From positions 64,001-128,000 of the forward strand of contig JAKFBU010000026.1 of the NCBI GenBank assembly GCA_036676985.1: a DNA stretch of 64,000 bases, written 5' to 3'. The notes under the pieces are model-generated. The model was not told where the DNA came from and searched no databases. It saw nothing but the letters and a program-made list of their open reading frames with translations. The translations under genes were made by a program, and so were the position numbers. Shown piece after piece: positions 29,984-38,380 of this stretch (positions are counted from its first letter, which is position 1; each line of letters begins with the position of its first letter). This DNA is from Candidatus Sericytochromatia bacterium. GTDB lineage: Bacteria > Cyanobacteriota > Sericytochromatia > S15B-MN24 > UBA4093.

Positions 29984-30961
29984 CTAGGCGGACCCGGGGG
30001 CGAGCGAGAGCTTGTCCGGCATGGCGTTGACGGCGTCGGGGCGGCGAACGGGGCGGCTGAGATCGAAGGGGCCGACCTGGCCCGAAAGGGGCGTCCCCTC
30101 TCGCTTGAACTGCACGGCCTTGATGCGGCCGGTCTCCGTAAGCGTGAGGACCGTGGCGCGGATGGCCATCTCCGAGGGGGTGGCCTGGGGCGCGTTCTTC
30201 CAGAGGACCTGTGCCACGTCGCCCTCGAGGCCGTTCCAGCGCAGGTCGGTCGCGGCCTCCAGGCTCGGTGCGAGGAAGGACTGCAGATCCTGGGGCGGTC
30301 CCTGGCGCAGGAGGGCGAAGCTGCCCTTGAGGGGCTCGTTCTGACGCTTGGCGGGCAAGGGCACGCGCAGGGGCACCAGGTACTCCGTGCTGGGCAAGCG
30401 GTAGTAGACCGTCACCGTCAGGCCGCTGCCTTCACCGAGGTACAGGTTCTCCATGCCGGGATCCGTGCTCGTGAACGGCCGCGTGAGATCTAAGTGCTCG
30501 CTCTCCCAGGGGGCTCCCTTGGAGTCGAGCAGGGAGAGCTTCAGCTCCTGGATCCGCTCGGCATTGGCCGCCGTCCGGACCACGGCTCCGGCGAGGAGCT
30601 GCTCGCCCCCGCTGCCCATGGCCCCGTCCGCGAGCTTGAGGCTCACTTCGGCCTTGCCGTCCGAGAGATGCTTGACCTCGACCTTGCTGCCCGGCGGCAC
30701 CGGAGCCATCAGGCCGGGAGGGACCTCGTCGATGAGCTCCTTGAGGGCCGCTTGCAGGGCCGCCTTGCGCGAGCCGGGCAGGGAGAGACGCTCGGTCACG
30801 GGCACCAGATACATGCCCTGAGGATCGAGGTAGTAGAGCGTGACCTCCCGTTCGATCCCCTTGGGCCGCAGCCACCATGTCCCGAACGCCACCCCGGCGA
30901 TCAGCACGAGGGCCAGGACGGCGAGGGCGGCGACGCGGCGGGCGCGCTTCCTTCTAGACAA
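29984..30961 (-). CDS. GerMN-domain membrane protein (two domains)
   Basis: N-terminal TM; TLYYLD..YLVPV and TVYY..YLVPL repeats; VLTLTE..IKAVQF. Confidence 0.75.
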   Translation of the reverse strand: MSRRKRARRVAALAVLALVLIAGVAFGTWWLRPKGIEREVTLYYLDPQGMYLVPVTERLSLPGSRKAALQAALKELIDEVPPGLMAPVPPGSKVEVKHLSDGKAEVSLKLADGAMGSGGEQLLAGAVVRTAANAERIQELKLSLLDSKGAPWESEHLDLTRPFTSTDPGMENLYLGEGSGLTVTVYYRLPSTEYLVPLRVPLPAKRQNEPLKGSFALLRQGPPQDLQSFLAPSLEAATDLRWNGLEGDVAQVLWKNAPQATPSEMAIRATVLTLTETGRIKAVQFKREGTPLSGQVGPFDLSRPVRRPDAVNAMPDKLSLAPGSA

Positions 30962-31073
30962 GGCTCGAGGGCCCGACGAGCTCGCGCGACGTCATGGTGA
31001 CCATCGCTCCGCGCAGGGCGACCTGCTGGGCCTTGGGGTGTTTGCTATTGGCCCACTTGGAATGGCCGGTGAT
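30954..31073 (-). pseudogene. yebC: Degenerate 5' fragment of a yebC/pmpR-family gene (39 codons, ATC start)
   Basis: Translates ITGHSKWANSKHPKAQQVALRGAMVTMTSRELV, versus the YebC N-terminal consensus MAGHSKWANIKHRK..QDAKRG..FTK..REI; AAGGAGG 8 nt upstream. Confidence 0.7.
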
Positions 31074-31260
31074 AGGTCAACCCTCCTTATGGGGCCCCAA
31101 TCTCCCTTGAAAGGGGGGAGAACGAGGCCCTGAATTTGATTCTAGTATAGCATCCGAGTAGCGGGGCCGAAAGGGGCGCCATTGGCCGACTATAGGTCGG
31201 GCGACCGGCCCTGTCCTGGCCGTCTGACAAAAATTTTTTGCCGAAAAATCCCTCGACCCC

Positions 31261-31289
31261 TTGCTTTTTCCAGAGGGGGTTCCTATAAT
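31261..31289 (+). promoter_or_regulatory. sigma70 promoter of the HU gene
   Basis: TTGCTT-N17-TATAAT. Confidence 0.7.
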
Positions 31290-31389
31290 CACCTCAAAGT
31301 TCATTAAACTTTGTTACGCCGTTCAGGGAAACGGGCGCCAGACAAGGTTTATACATCCCACCCCTTCGTCTCACAGCAGGAGGAATCAA

Positions 31390-31701
31390 ATGAACAAGGA
31401 AGAACTCATCAAGGCCATCAGCACCAAGGCCAAGGTCTCCCAGAAGGAAGCTGGTGAGTGCCTCAACGCCACCATCGAGGCCATCAGCCAGGCCCTCGCC
31501 CGTGGCCACAAGGTGACCCTCGTCGGCTTCGGCACCTTCCAGGTCCGCCAGCGCGCCGCCCGTGAGGGCCGCAACCCCCGCACCGGCGCGGTCCTGAAGA
31601 TCCCCGCCAAGAAGTCGCCGGTGTGGACCGCCGGTAAGAACCTCAAGGAGCGGATCGAGGGCAAGAAGAAGCAGCTCGCCGGCGCTGGCCGCGGCCGCTA
31701 A
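31390..31701 (+). CDS. hup: DNA-binding protein HU
   Basis: MNKEELI, VTLVGFGTF, REGRNPRTG. Confidence 0.95.
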   Translation: MNKEELIKAISTKAKVSQKEAGECLNATIEAISQALARGHKVTLVGFGTFQVRQRAAREGRNPRTGAVLKIPAKKSPVWTAGKNLKERIEGKKKQLAGAGRGR

Positions 31702-31717
31702 GGCTTCCCGATAGCCG

Positions 31718-31754
31718 AAAGTCCCCGAAGGCACTGCCTTCGGGGACTTTTTTT
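31718..31754. terminator. Rho-independent terminator after HU, probably bidirectional
   Basis: AAAGTCCCCGAAGGC-ACT-GCCTTCGGGGACTTTTTTT. Confidence 0.85.
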
Positions 31755-31923
31755 CGTTGGGCCGGAGTCACAAATCTTAAGGGCGCCCATGGGCCGGGCG
31801 CTCCGCGATGGGCGAAACGCCCGCTCCGGCGGAGCTCGGGCGATGAACCAATGTAACGGCCGCTGGAAGCGCCCACGGTGGGCAGGTTTGGCGATCGCCG
31901 AAACGCATGTCCTCTTCCCAGGC

Positions 31924-34011
31924 CTAGTGCGTGGTCGCCTCGCTCTGGGCCTTGAGGTCGGTGAGCAGCTTGGTCATGAGGTGTGCTGGTACCTCCTGGT
32001 AGGTGGCGAAGCTCGACTCGATGCTGCCCTGTCCCTTGGTGTAGCTCTGGATCTCGCCGACCAGGCCCGCGAGCTCAGCCAGGGGCAGCTTGGCGTGGAT
32101 GACGTTGCCCTCGACGCCCTCGATGTGGCCCCGGCGGGTGTTGAGGTCTCCCATGGCGTCCCCCATGGCCTCCTCGGGCACGGTCATGGTCACGTCCATG
32201 ATGGGCTCGAGCAAGAGGGGCTGGGCCTCGTTGAAGATCTTCTTCATGGCCAGGTGAGCGGCGGTCTTGAACGCCATTTCCGACGAGTCGACCGAGTGGG
32301 ACGAGCCGTCGTAGAGCGTCACCTTGAGGTCCACGATGGGGTAGCCGGCGAGGATGCCGCTCTCGAGCATCTCGCGCACGCCCTTCTCGACGGCGGGGAT
32401 GAAGTTGCGGGGCACCGAGCCGCCCACCACCGCGTCGACGAACTGGAAGCCCGAGCCGCGGGGCAGCGGCTCGATCTTGAGCCAGACGTCCCCGTACTGG
32501 CCGCGTCCGCCGGTTTGCTTCTTGTGCTTGCCCTGGCCCTGAGCCGTGCCGCGGATCGTCTCCCGATAGGGAATCTGGGGCTCGGCCTGCCTGACCTCGA
32601 TGTTGAAGCGGTTGAGGAGCTTGGAAAGGGTCACGTCCAGGTGGGTCTGACCCATGCCCGAGAGCACCGTGCGGTGGGTGCGGGGCTCGACCGACACGCC
32701 GAGGGTGGGGTCCTCTTCCTTGAGCTTGCTGAGCGAGATGGCCAGCTTGGCCTCGTCATGCTTGGAGACGGGCTCGATGGCCACCGACCAGATGGCGGGC
32801 GGAATGGCGGGCATGGGGTAGCTCAGCCCCTTGGTCATGCTCTCGGCGATGAGGGTGTCGCCCGTCTGCGTGTCCTTGAGCTTGGCGACCGCACCGATGT
32901 CCCCGGGCAACAGCTCGTCCACGGGGATCTGCTTCTTGCCGAGGAGCTTGAAGAGCCGGCCCATGCGCTCGGCGCTCGCGCGCTGCGAGTTGTGGAGATG
33001 GGCGTCCTGCTTCATGGTGCCCGACAGGACGCGGAAGATGCTGATCTTGCCGACGTAAGGGTCGGAGAGGGTCTTGAAGACCACGGCCGAGACGGGGGCG
33101 TCGGCCTTGGGCGCAAGCGGGCTCCGCTCGCCGGTCTCGCCGTCCGTGAGGTCCTGGTAGGTGCCGTCGAGCGGGGACGGCAAGAGGTCGACGATCACGT
33201 CCAGGAGCGGTCGCACGGCGATGTTGCCTGCGGCCGAGCCGCAGAGGACCGGCACCAGCTTGCCGGCGAGCAGGTCCTTGCGGAGGTTCTCCTTGAGCTC
33301 GTCGCTGGAGGGCTCGGTGCCGCCGAGGTAGCGCTCCAAGAGGTCGTCGTGCAGCTCGGCGACGGCCTCGACGAGCTCGGTGTGATAGCGCCGGACCTGC
33401 TCGCTCAGCTCGCTGGGGGGCTCGGCGACCTCGGTGATGTTCCCGGACTCGGGGGCGAAGTACCAGGTGCGCATGCCGACCAGGTCCACGTCGCCCTTGT
33501 AGCCGATGCCTCGGCCGACGGGCAGCTCGAGCGGCACGGCGTGCGGATCCAGCTCGTCGTGCACCTGCTGGAGGATCTCGGCGTAGTCCTTGGCCGAGTC
33601 CTGCTCGACGCCGTTGATGAAGATCGCCATGGGGCGCTTCATCTCGCGGGCGAGCTTGAAGATCTTGCGGGTGTTGGCGTCCACGCCCTTGGCGGCGTTG
33701 AGAACCAAAATGGCCGCGTCGCAGGCGGCCAGGGCGAGCTTGAGATCGGTCTGGAAGTCTCCGAGCCCGGGGGTGTCGAGCAGGTTCACGGTGAACCCGC
33801 GCCACTCCCCGCTGCCCACGGCCGTGCCGGTGGACATCTGGCGGAGGATCTCCTCTGAGTCGAAGTCCGTGGCGGTGGTGCCCTGGTCGACCCGGCCGCG
33901 CTGGGGCAGCACGGCCATGTCGAAGAGCATGGCCTCCGTGAGGGTGGTCTTCCCCACCCCGTGCGGGCCGATGATGGCCACGGTGCGGATGCGAGCGGTA
34001 TCCATGCGCAT
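31924..34011 (-). CDS. Elongation factor G paralog (EF-G2/FusB-like)
   Basis: GPHGVGKTT, DTPG, KKQTGGRGQYG, HSVDSSEMAF; GTPase motifs diverged. Confidence 0.88.
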   Translation of the reverse strand: MRMDTARIRTVAIIGPHGVGKTTLTEAMLFDMAVLPQRGRVDQGTTATDFDSEEILRQMSTGTAVGSGEWRGFTVNLLDTPGLGDFQTDLKLALAACDAAILVLNAAKGVDANTRKIFKLAREMKRPMAIFINGVEQDSAKDYAEILQQVHDELDPHAVPLELPVGRGIGYKGDVDLVGMRTWYFAPESGNITEVAEPPSELSEQVRRYHTELVEAVAELHDDLLERYLGGTEPSSDELKENLRKDLLAGKLVPVLCGSAAGNIAVRPLLDVIVDLLPSPLDGTYQDLTDGETGERSPLAPKADAPVSAVVFKTLSDPYVGKISIFRVLSGTMKQDAHLHNSQRASAERMGRLFKLLGKKQIPVDELLPGDIGAVAKLKDTQTGDTLIAESMTKGLSYPMPAIPPAIWSVAIEPVSKHDEAKLAISLSKLKEEDPTLGVSVEPRTHRTVLSGMGQTHLDVTLSKLLNRFNIEVRQAEPQIPYRETIRGTAQGQGKHKKQTGGRGQYGDVWLKIEPLPRGSGFQFVDAVVGGSVPRNFIPAVEKGVREMLESGILAGYPIVDLKVTLYDGSSHSVDSSEMAFKTAAHLAMKKIFNEAQPLLLEPIMDVTMTVPEEAMGDAMGDLNTRRGHIEGVEGNVIHAKLPLAELAGLVGEIQSYTKGQGSIESSFATYQEVPAHLMTKLLTDLKAQSEATTH

Positions 34012-34201
34012 GCCTCCTATCCCCTTGCACGGGATCTATCCGAGGTGATGATCCGCCTCCGCTCGGCCCCGGTCAATCCGTGGAACTACGGATTCCGTTG
34101 GGCGTTTGGAGTGGCACGGATGGCCGATCGGGCTGTGTGCTAGAATGAGCTTGCATGTCCCCCGAACAGGCTGGCTGGATGCCAGGAAGAAAGGGTGTTG
34201 C

Positions 34202-34795
34202 GTGGCCGTCAAGATGCGTCAAGTCGCCCTGCTGGGTGCTTTTGAGATCGCCCCCGAGCTGGAAACCCCGGTGCGGGACGGTCTCATCCTGGGGTCGCGG
34301 CGCGACAGCCGCGGCTTTGTCATCGAGACGAGCCGTGAGAACATCGAGCTCATCGTGACGGCCTCCAACCCGACGGTGGTCGAGGGGATGCCCAAGCGCC
34401 TGACGCTGTCGGTCGGGCCCATGCTCGAGCGGCTGGGCGCGGAGCTCATGCGGGTGGAGCTGCGCTCCATCGAGCCGGTGCCGGGCGACTCCGGGGGCTC
34501 GTACGTGCAGGGTTTTCTGGTGGTGCGCATGCCCGAAAAGCGCCCCATGCGGCTGTCCATGACGGCGACCGAGGCCATCCAGGTGGCGATCGCGCACCGG
34601 ATCCCGATGCTGGCGGAGGCCTCCCTGTTGCAGCTGGACGTGAGCCAGTTCCTGGATGAGATCGACACCTTCGCGACGCAGGTGGAGGCGGAGAACGACG
34701 AGTTCCGGTCGTTCGTGGACCAGGTGACGCCCACGGACTTCGCGCGGTATCTCAAGGATCGGCCGGAAGGGTCCGAGGGCCCCGAGGCGCCATAA
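34202..34795 (+). CDS. Hypothetical protein, possibly DUF151/bifunctional-nuclease-like
   Basis: AIQVAIAHRIPM and C-terminal EFRSFVDQVTPTDF resemble DUF151 proteins; start could also be ATG 34214. Confidence 0.5.
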   Translation: MAVKMRQVALLGAFEIAPELETPVRDGLILGSRRDSRGFVIETSRENIELIVTASNPTVVEGMPKRLTLSVGPMLERLGAELMRVELRSIEPVPGDSGGSYVQGFLVVRMPEKRPMRLSMTATEAIQVAIAHRIPMLAEASLLQLDVSQFLDEIDTFATQVEAENDEFRSFVDQVTPTDFARYLKDRPEGSEGPEAP

Positions 34796-34851
34796 GGAAC
34801 CGTTCGCCCTTCGAGAGCCTCAGGGTGAACGGTTTTCTTGTGGGTCTCAAG
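34793..34851. mobile_element. MITE/REPIN-like element, copy 2 (single end)
   Basis: TAAGGAACCGTTCGCCCTTCGAGAGCCTCAGGGTGAACGG starting at the upstream gene's TAA. Confidence 0.7.
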
Positions 34852-34891
34852 GTGCTCTAGACCTCAAGCCGAAGCAAATCTTCGAAAACGA

Positions 34892-34920
34892 CAGGGGCCC
34901 GTCCGATGGACGGGCCCCTG
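34892..34920 (-). terminator. Terminator after rpmA
   Basis: CAGGGGCCCGTCC-GAT-GGACGGGCCCCTG followed by a T-rich run on the minus strand. Confidence 0.7.
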
Positions 34921-34932
34921 AGGCTTGGTGGC

Positions 34933-35202
34933 TTACGCCTGGGCGACCGCGAGGGGGCGGACGCTGATCTTCTGGCGCTTGGCGCCGAAGCGCTCGAACA
35001 CCACGTTGCCCTCGATGAGGGAGAACAGCGTGTGGTCCTTGCCCATGCCGACGTTGTCGCCGGGATGGAACTCGGTGCCGCGCTGACGAACGATGATGTT
35101 GCCGGGAATCACGAGCTCGCCGCCGTACTTCTTGACGCCAAGACGCTTGGCGTTGGAGTCGCGGCCGTTACGGGTAGAGCCTACACCCTTCTTATGTGCC
35201 AT
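34933..35202 (-). CDS. rpmA: 50S ribosomal protein L27
   Basis: [21 protein letters not shown]. Confidence 0.98.
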   Translation of the reverse strand: MAHKKGVGSTRNGRDSNAKRLGVKKYGGELVIPGNIIVRQRGTEFHPGDNVGMGKDHTLFSLIEGNVVFERFGAKRQKISVRPLAVAQA

Positions 35203-35227
35203 GGTTCGATTCGGTCCTTTCTATCCT

Positions 35228-35539
35228 CTAGAAGCTGATCGACTCGACCATCACCCGGGTGAAGGGCTGACGGTGGCCGTTCTTGCGGCGGTAGTGCTTC
35301 TTGGGGCGCATCTTGTAGACGATCACCTTGGGGCCCTTGCCGTGCTTGACGATCTTGCCGGTCACCTTGGCGCCGTTGATCGACGGGGCTCCGACGGTGA
35401 ACTTGCCGTCCTTCGAAACCAGGAGGACCTGATCGAAGGTGATGCTGTCTCCCTCGTTACCGGCGAGCAGCTCGACGTCGATGAAGCGGCCTTCCTCGAC
35501 CTTGATCTGCTTACCGCCGGTGGCGATGATGGCGTACAT
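35228..35539 (-). CDS. rplU: 50S ribosomal protein L21
   Basis: [18 protein letters not shown]. Confidence 0.98.
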   Translation of the reverse strand: MYAIIATGGKQIKVEEGRFIDVELLAGNEGDSITFDQVLLVSKDGKFTVGAPSINGAKVTGKIVKHGKGPKVIVYKMRPKKHYRRKNGHRQPFTRVMVESISF

Positions 35540-35562
35540 GTATTGGGCTTCCTTCCTCGTTG

Positions 35563-35632
35563 CGAGACACGCCGAATCCGGTAGCCGAGTGCGTCTCGGA
35601 GCTTTACGACCGGGATCGAGCGGTATCGCCCG
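35563..35632 (-). ncRNA. L21 leader-like cis-regulatory RNA
   Basis: 5' UTR of rplU carries ACCGCTC...CGGCGTGTC, resembling ACCGCAC...GGCGAGUC of the L21 leader. Confidence 0.45.
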
Positions 35633-35646
35633 TAATCAGAGGGAGG

Positions 35647-35721
35647 ATCTTACCATTCGCCCGAAGCGACCGTCAAGCCAAGATGAGCGCCTCTCACAAC
35701 TGTTCCTTAATGCCGCCTTAA
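35647..35721 (-). promoter_or_regulatory. rplU promoter (TTGACG-N18-TAAGAT) with upstream ACAA-N7-TTAA-N7-TTAA array
   Basis: -35 at 35671-35676, -10 at 35647-35652; half-sites at 35696, 35707, 35718. Confidence 0.6.
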
Positions 35722-35772
35722 GCGGCCATCGGCTTTCCATGCCTGGTTGTGAGAGGTGCTCCAGGGCCCCGG

Positions 35773-36060
35773 TTAAGTCCGGCGCGGCTCGATCACGAAC
35801 TTGATCGCCGTGCGCTCCTCGCCTGCGATCTCGATGTCCAGGAACGCCGGGATGAAGACCAGATCCAGCCCCGAGGGCGCCACGTAGCCCCGCGCGATGG
35901 CGATCGCCTTCACGGCCTGGTTGATGGCGCCCGCGCCGATGGCCTGCATCTCGCAGCGCCCCTTCTCGCGGATGGTGCCGGCGATGGCCCCCGCCACCGA
36001 GGCCGGGTTGGAGGTGCTGGCGACCTTGAAGAGGTTGGACCCGAAATTCGTTTGCGTCAT
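35773..36060 (-). CDS. spoVS: SpoVS family protein
   Basis: KVASTSNPASVAGAIAG, QAIGAGAINQAVKAIAIARGY, ERTAIKF. Confidence 0.93.
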   Translation of the reverse strand: MTQTNFGSNLFKVASTSNPASVAGAIAGTIREKGRCEMQAIGAGAINQAVKAIAIARGYVAPSGLDLVFIPAFLDIEIAGEERTAIKFVIEPRRT

Positions 36061-36196
36061 GCGTTCATCTCCTAACGTCCCCTGGGATCGGATGCGAGGC
36101 ATCCGTCTGTTAGAAGAATTCGCTTTTTTGGCCCCCGATTCCTAGAGGACGCTATCCAAGCATTCATGTCACCTGTTGTCCAATCCGCTCGTTCGG

Positions 36197-37117
36197 TTAG
36201 AACCGCAGCGTCACGCCCGTCACGACCGACGCGTGGAAGGAGTCCTGATAGCCGCCGCGCAGGACCGGCAGGACCACCGCGAGCTGGCCCGCGGCCATGG
36301 GCGTGAAGGCGTAGGTGAGGCCCGGAGCCACCGCGAGCCACCAGGATCCGGACTCCTTGACCGGCTGGCGCTGGGCCTCGGACGGGCTGTCGTACTGCGC
36401 CAACAGCTCCAGGATGGTCGAGACGGCGGGCGTCCAGCGGGCTTCGAGGGCCGAGTTGAACTGGGCGCGCTGGCCGCGCCACTGGACCACCGGCAGGTCC
36501 ACCGAGGCCAGGAGCCCCGTGCTGCGCAGGTGGTAGAGGTAGTTCAGGTTGAGGTGGCCGTACAGGAAGGAAGGCATCAGCTCCATGCGCAGGGTGTTGT
36601 CCAGCCCCACGCTCGGCACTCCCTCCGAGATGCGCCCCACCAGGCTCCCCGCCCCCACGTTGGCATGCACCCGGGCCTTCCAGGTAGCCCGCTCGTCGTG
36701 GAAGAGGCGCCAGAACAGCCCGAGGTTGAGGTCCGCGAGCCCGCTGCCCAGGTCCACGCCGTTGACCTGCCGGGACATGCCGAAGGGCAGGGTGAAGGTG
36801 AGGCCCGCGTCGGGCAGCAGGCCCGCCTCCAGCTGCGAGGCGAGGCTCATGCGGACGTACGAGGTCTCCGGCGGGTTGGGGCTGTAGAGCTTGCCGTCGA
36901 TGACCACCAGCTGGTACGGGGTGAAGATGCCCTGGCTCACGATGGAGAAGTGGCCCGGCTCCGGGACCTCGTCGCGGTTCAGGTTGATGGGGCCCCCGAT
37001 GGGGTGTGTGGCCGGTCGACTCGGACCCTCCGACGCCCAGGGCGCGTTGACCTGCGCTTCGGCCGGGAGTCCGGACAAGAGCCAGGCGCTGACGGCCAGT
37101 GACAACAGGCGACGCAT
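36197..37117 (-). CDS. Secreted/outer-membrane beta-barrel protein (transporter-like)
   Basis: Signal peptide AEA, GSGLADL, amphipathic strands, C-terminal Phe. Confidence 0.55.
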   Translation of the reverse strand: MRRLLSLAVSAWLLSGLPAEAQVNAPWASEGPSRPATHPIGGPINLNRDEVPEPGHFSIVSQGIFTPYQLVVIDGKLYSPNPPETSYVRMSLASQLEAGLLPDAGLTFTLPFGMSRQVNGVDLGSGLADLNLGLFWRLFHDERATWKARVHANVGAGSLVGRISEGVPSVGLDNTLRMELMPSFLYGHLNLNYLYHLRSTGLLASVDLPVVQWRGQRAQFNSALEARWTPAVSTILELLAQYDSPSEAQRQPVKESGSWWLAVAPGLTYAFTPMAAGQLAVVLPVLRGGYQDSFHASVVTGVTLRF

Positions 37118-37198
37118 TGATTCCTCCCTCGGTGTACACTCGTTCTACCCAGGTTTCCCTTGCGTCAAAGGGCCTGGTATCCGCAAGGAGTAGCCTCG

Positions 37199-38296
37199 AT
37201 GAACGACGAAACGTGGATGCGCCGGGCCCTGGAGCTCGCCCGACAGGGCCGGGGCTGGGTCAACCCCAACCCCTTGGTGGGGGCGGTGATCGTCCAAGAC
37301 GGCGAGGTGGTCGGCGAGGGGTACCACCCGAAGGTCGGAGAGCCTCATGCCGAGGTCTTCGCCCTGAGCCAGGCAGGTGAGCGGGCTCGCGGTGCCACGG
37401 CCTACGTGACCTTGGAGCCCTGCAACCATCAGGGCCGCACCGGTCCCTGCACCCGCGCCCTGCTCGACGCGGGGGTGGCGCGGGTGGTCTTTGCGGTGGA
37501 GGACCCGAACCCGCTCACGGCCTCGCAGGCGGCGAGCGTGCTCACCCAGGGGGGCGTCGCGGTCTCGTGGGGCGTGCTCGCGGACGAGGCCCGCCGCCTG
37601 AACGAGCCCTTCTTCAAGTACATCCGCACCCGTCGCCCGTTCGTCGTCATGAAGATGGCCATGAGCATGGACGGCAAGATCGCGACCGAGACCGGCGAGA
37701 GCAAGTGGATCAGCGGCGAGGTCTCGCGTGCCTACGTCCAGGAGCTGAGGGCCACCCTGTCGGCGGTCATGGTGGGCATCCGCACCGTGCTCGCGGACGA
37801 TCCGAGCCTCAACGCCCGCGTCGAGGGCGCCCGTCAGCCCGTGCGCGTGATCGTGGACCCCATGGCCGAGACCCCGCTTTCGGCACGGCTCTTCACGGTC
37901 GATGCGCCCCTCGTGCTCGCCGTCCGCCAGGACGCGCCCCGCAAGCGGCGCGAGGCCCTCGCCGCCAAGGGCGCCCAGGTCCTGCCCCTGCCGGTGTTGC
38001 CCAACGAGCACGTGGACCTGGACGCCCTCATGGTGGAGCTCGGCAAGCGCGAGATCTCGGGCGTGCTGCTGGAAGGCGGCGGCGGGCTGAACGCCTCGGC
38101 GATCGCCCAGGGCGTGGTCGACAAGCTCGTCTACTTCGTCGCCCCCAAGCTCATCGGCGGCAGCGAGAGCCCGACGCCCCTCGAGGGAGCGAGCATCGCC
38201 AAGATGGCCGAGGCACGGGCCCTCTACGAGCTGCGCTCCTATCCTTCCGGCCAGGACGTGCGCCTCGAGGCGTACCTCCACCCGATGGGCGTTTGA
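37199..38296 (+). CDS. ribD: Riboflavin biosynthesis deaminase/reductase RibD
   Basis: PNPLVGA, HAEV, TLEPCNH..PC, SMDGKIA, EGGG. Confidence 0.96.
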   Translation: MNDETWMRRALELARQGRGWVNPNPLVGAVIVQDGEVVGEGYHPKVGEPHAEVFALSQAGERARGATAYVTLEPCNHQGRTGPCTRALLDAGVARVVFAVEDPNPLTASQAASVLTQGGVAVSWGVLADEARRLNEPFFKYIRTRRPFVVMKMAMSMDGKIATETGESKWISGEVSRAYVQELRATLSAVMVGIRTVLADDPSLNARVEGARQPVRVIVDPMAETPLSARLFTVDAPLVLAVRQDAPRKRREALAAKGAQVLPLPVLPNEHVDLDALMVELGKREISGVLLEGGGGLNASAIAQGVVDKLVYFVAPKLIGGSESPTPLEGASIAKMAEARALYELRSYPSGQDVRLEAYLHPMGV

Positions 38297-38380
38297 TTTC
38301 AGGAGGGCCTGTCGTCATGAGGGCGGATTCGGTAGAATGGAAGCCTTGGTAGCCCCCCAGTCAGCCAGGAAGGATCGACG

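Noticed and set aside
31777-31908. 43-aa minus-strand ORF after the EF-G paralog, and a hammerhead-like GATGA...GAAAC pattern on the plus strand
   Set aside because: Atypical codon usage and no motif; the hammerhead core CUGANGA is missing
29984-36060. GerMN and spoVS as evidence of sporulation
   Set aside because: Both families are widespread in non-sporulating bacteria; no core sporulation genes in the window
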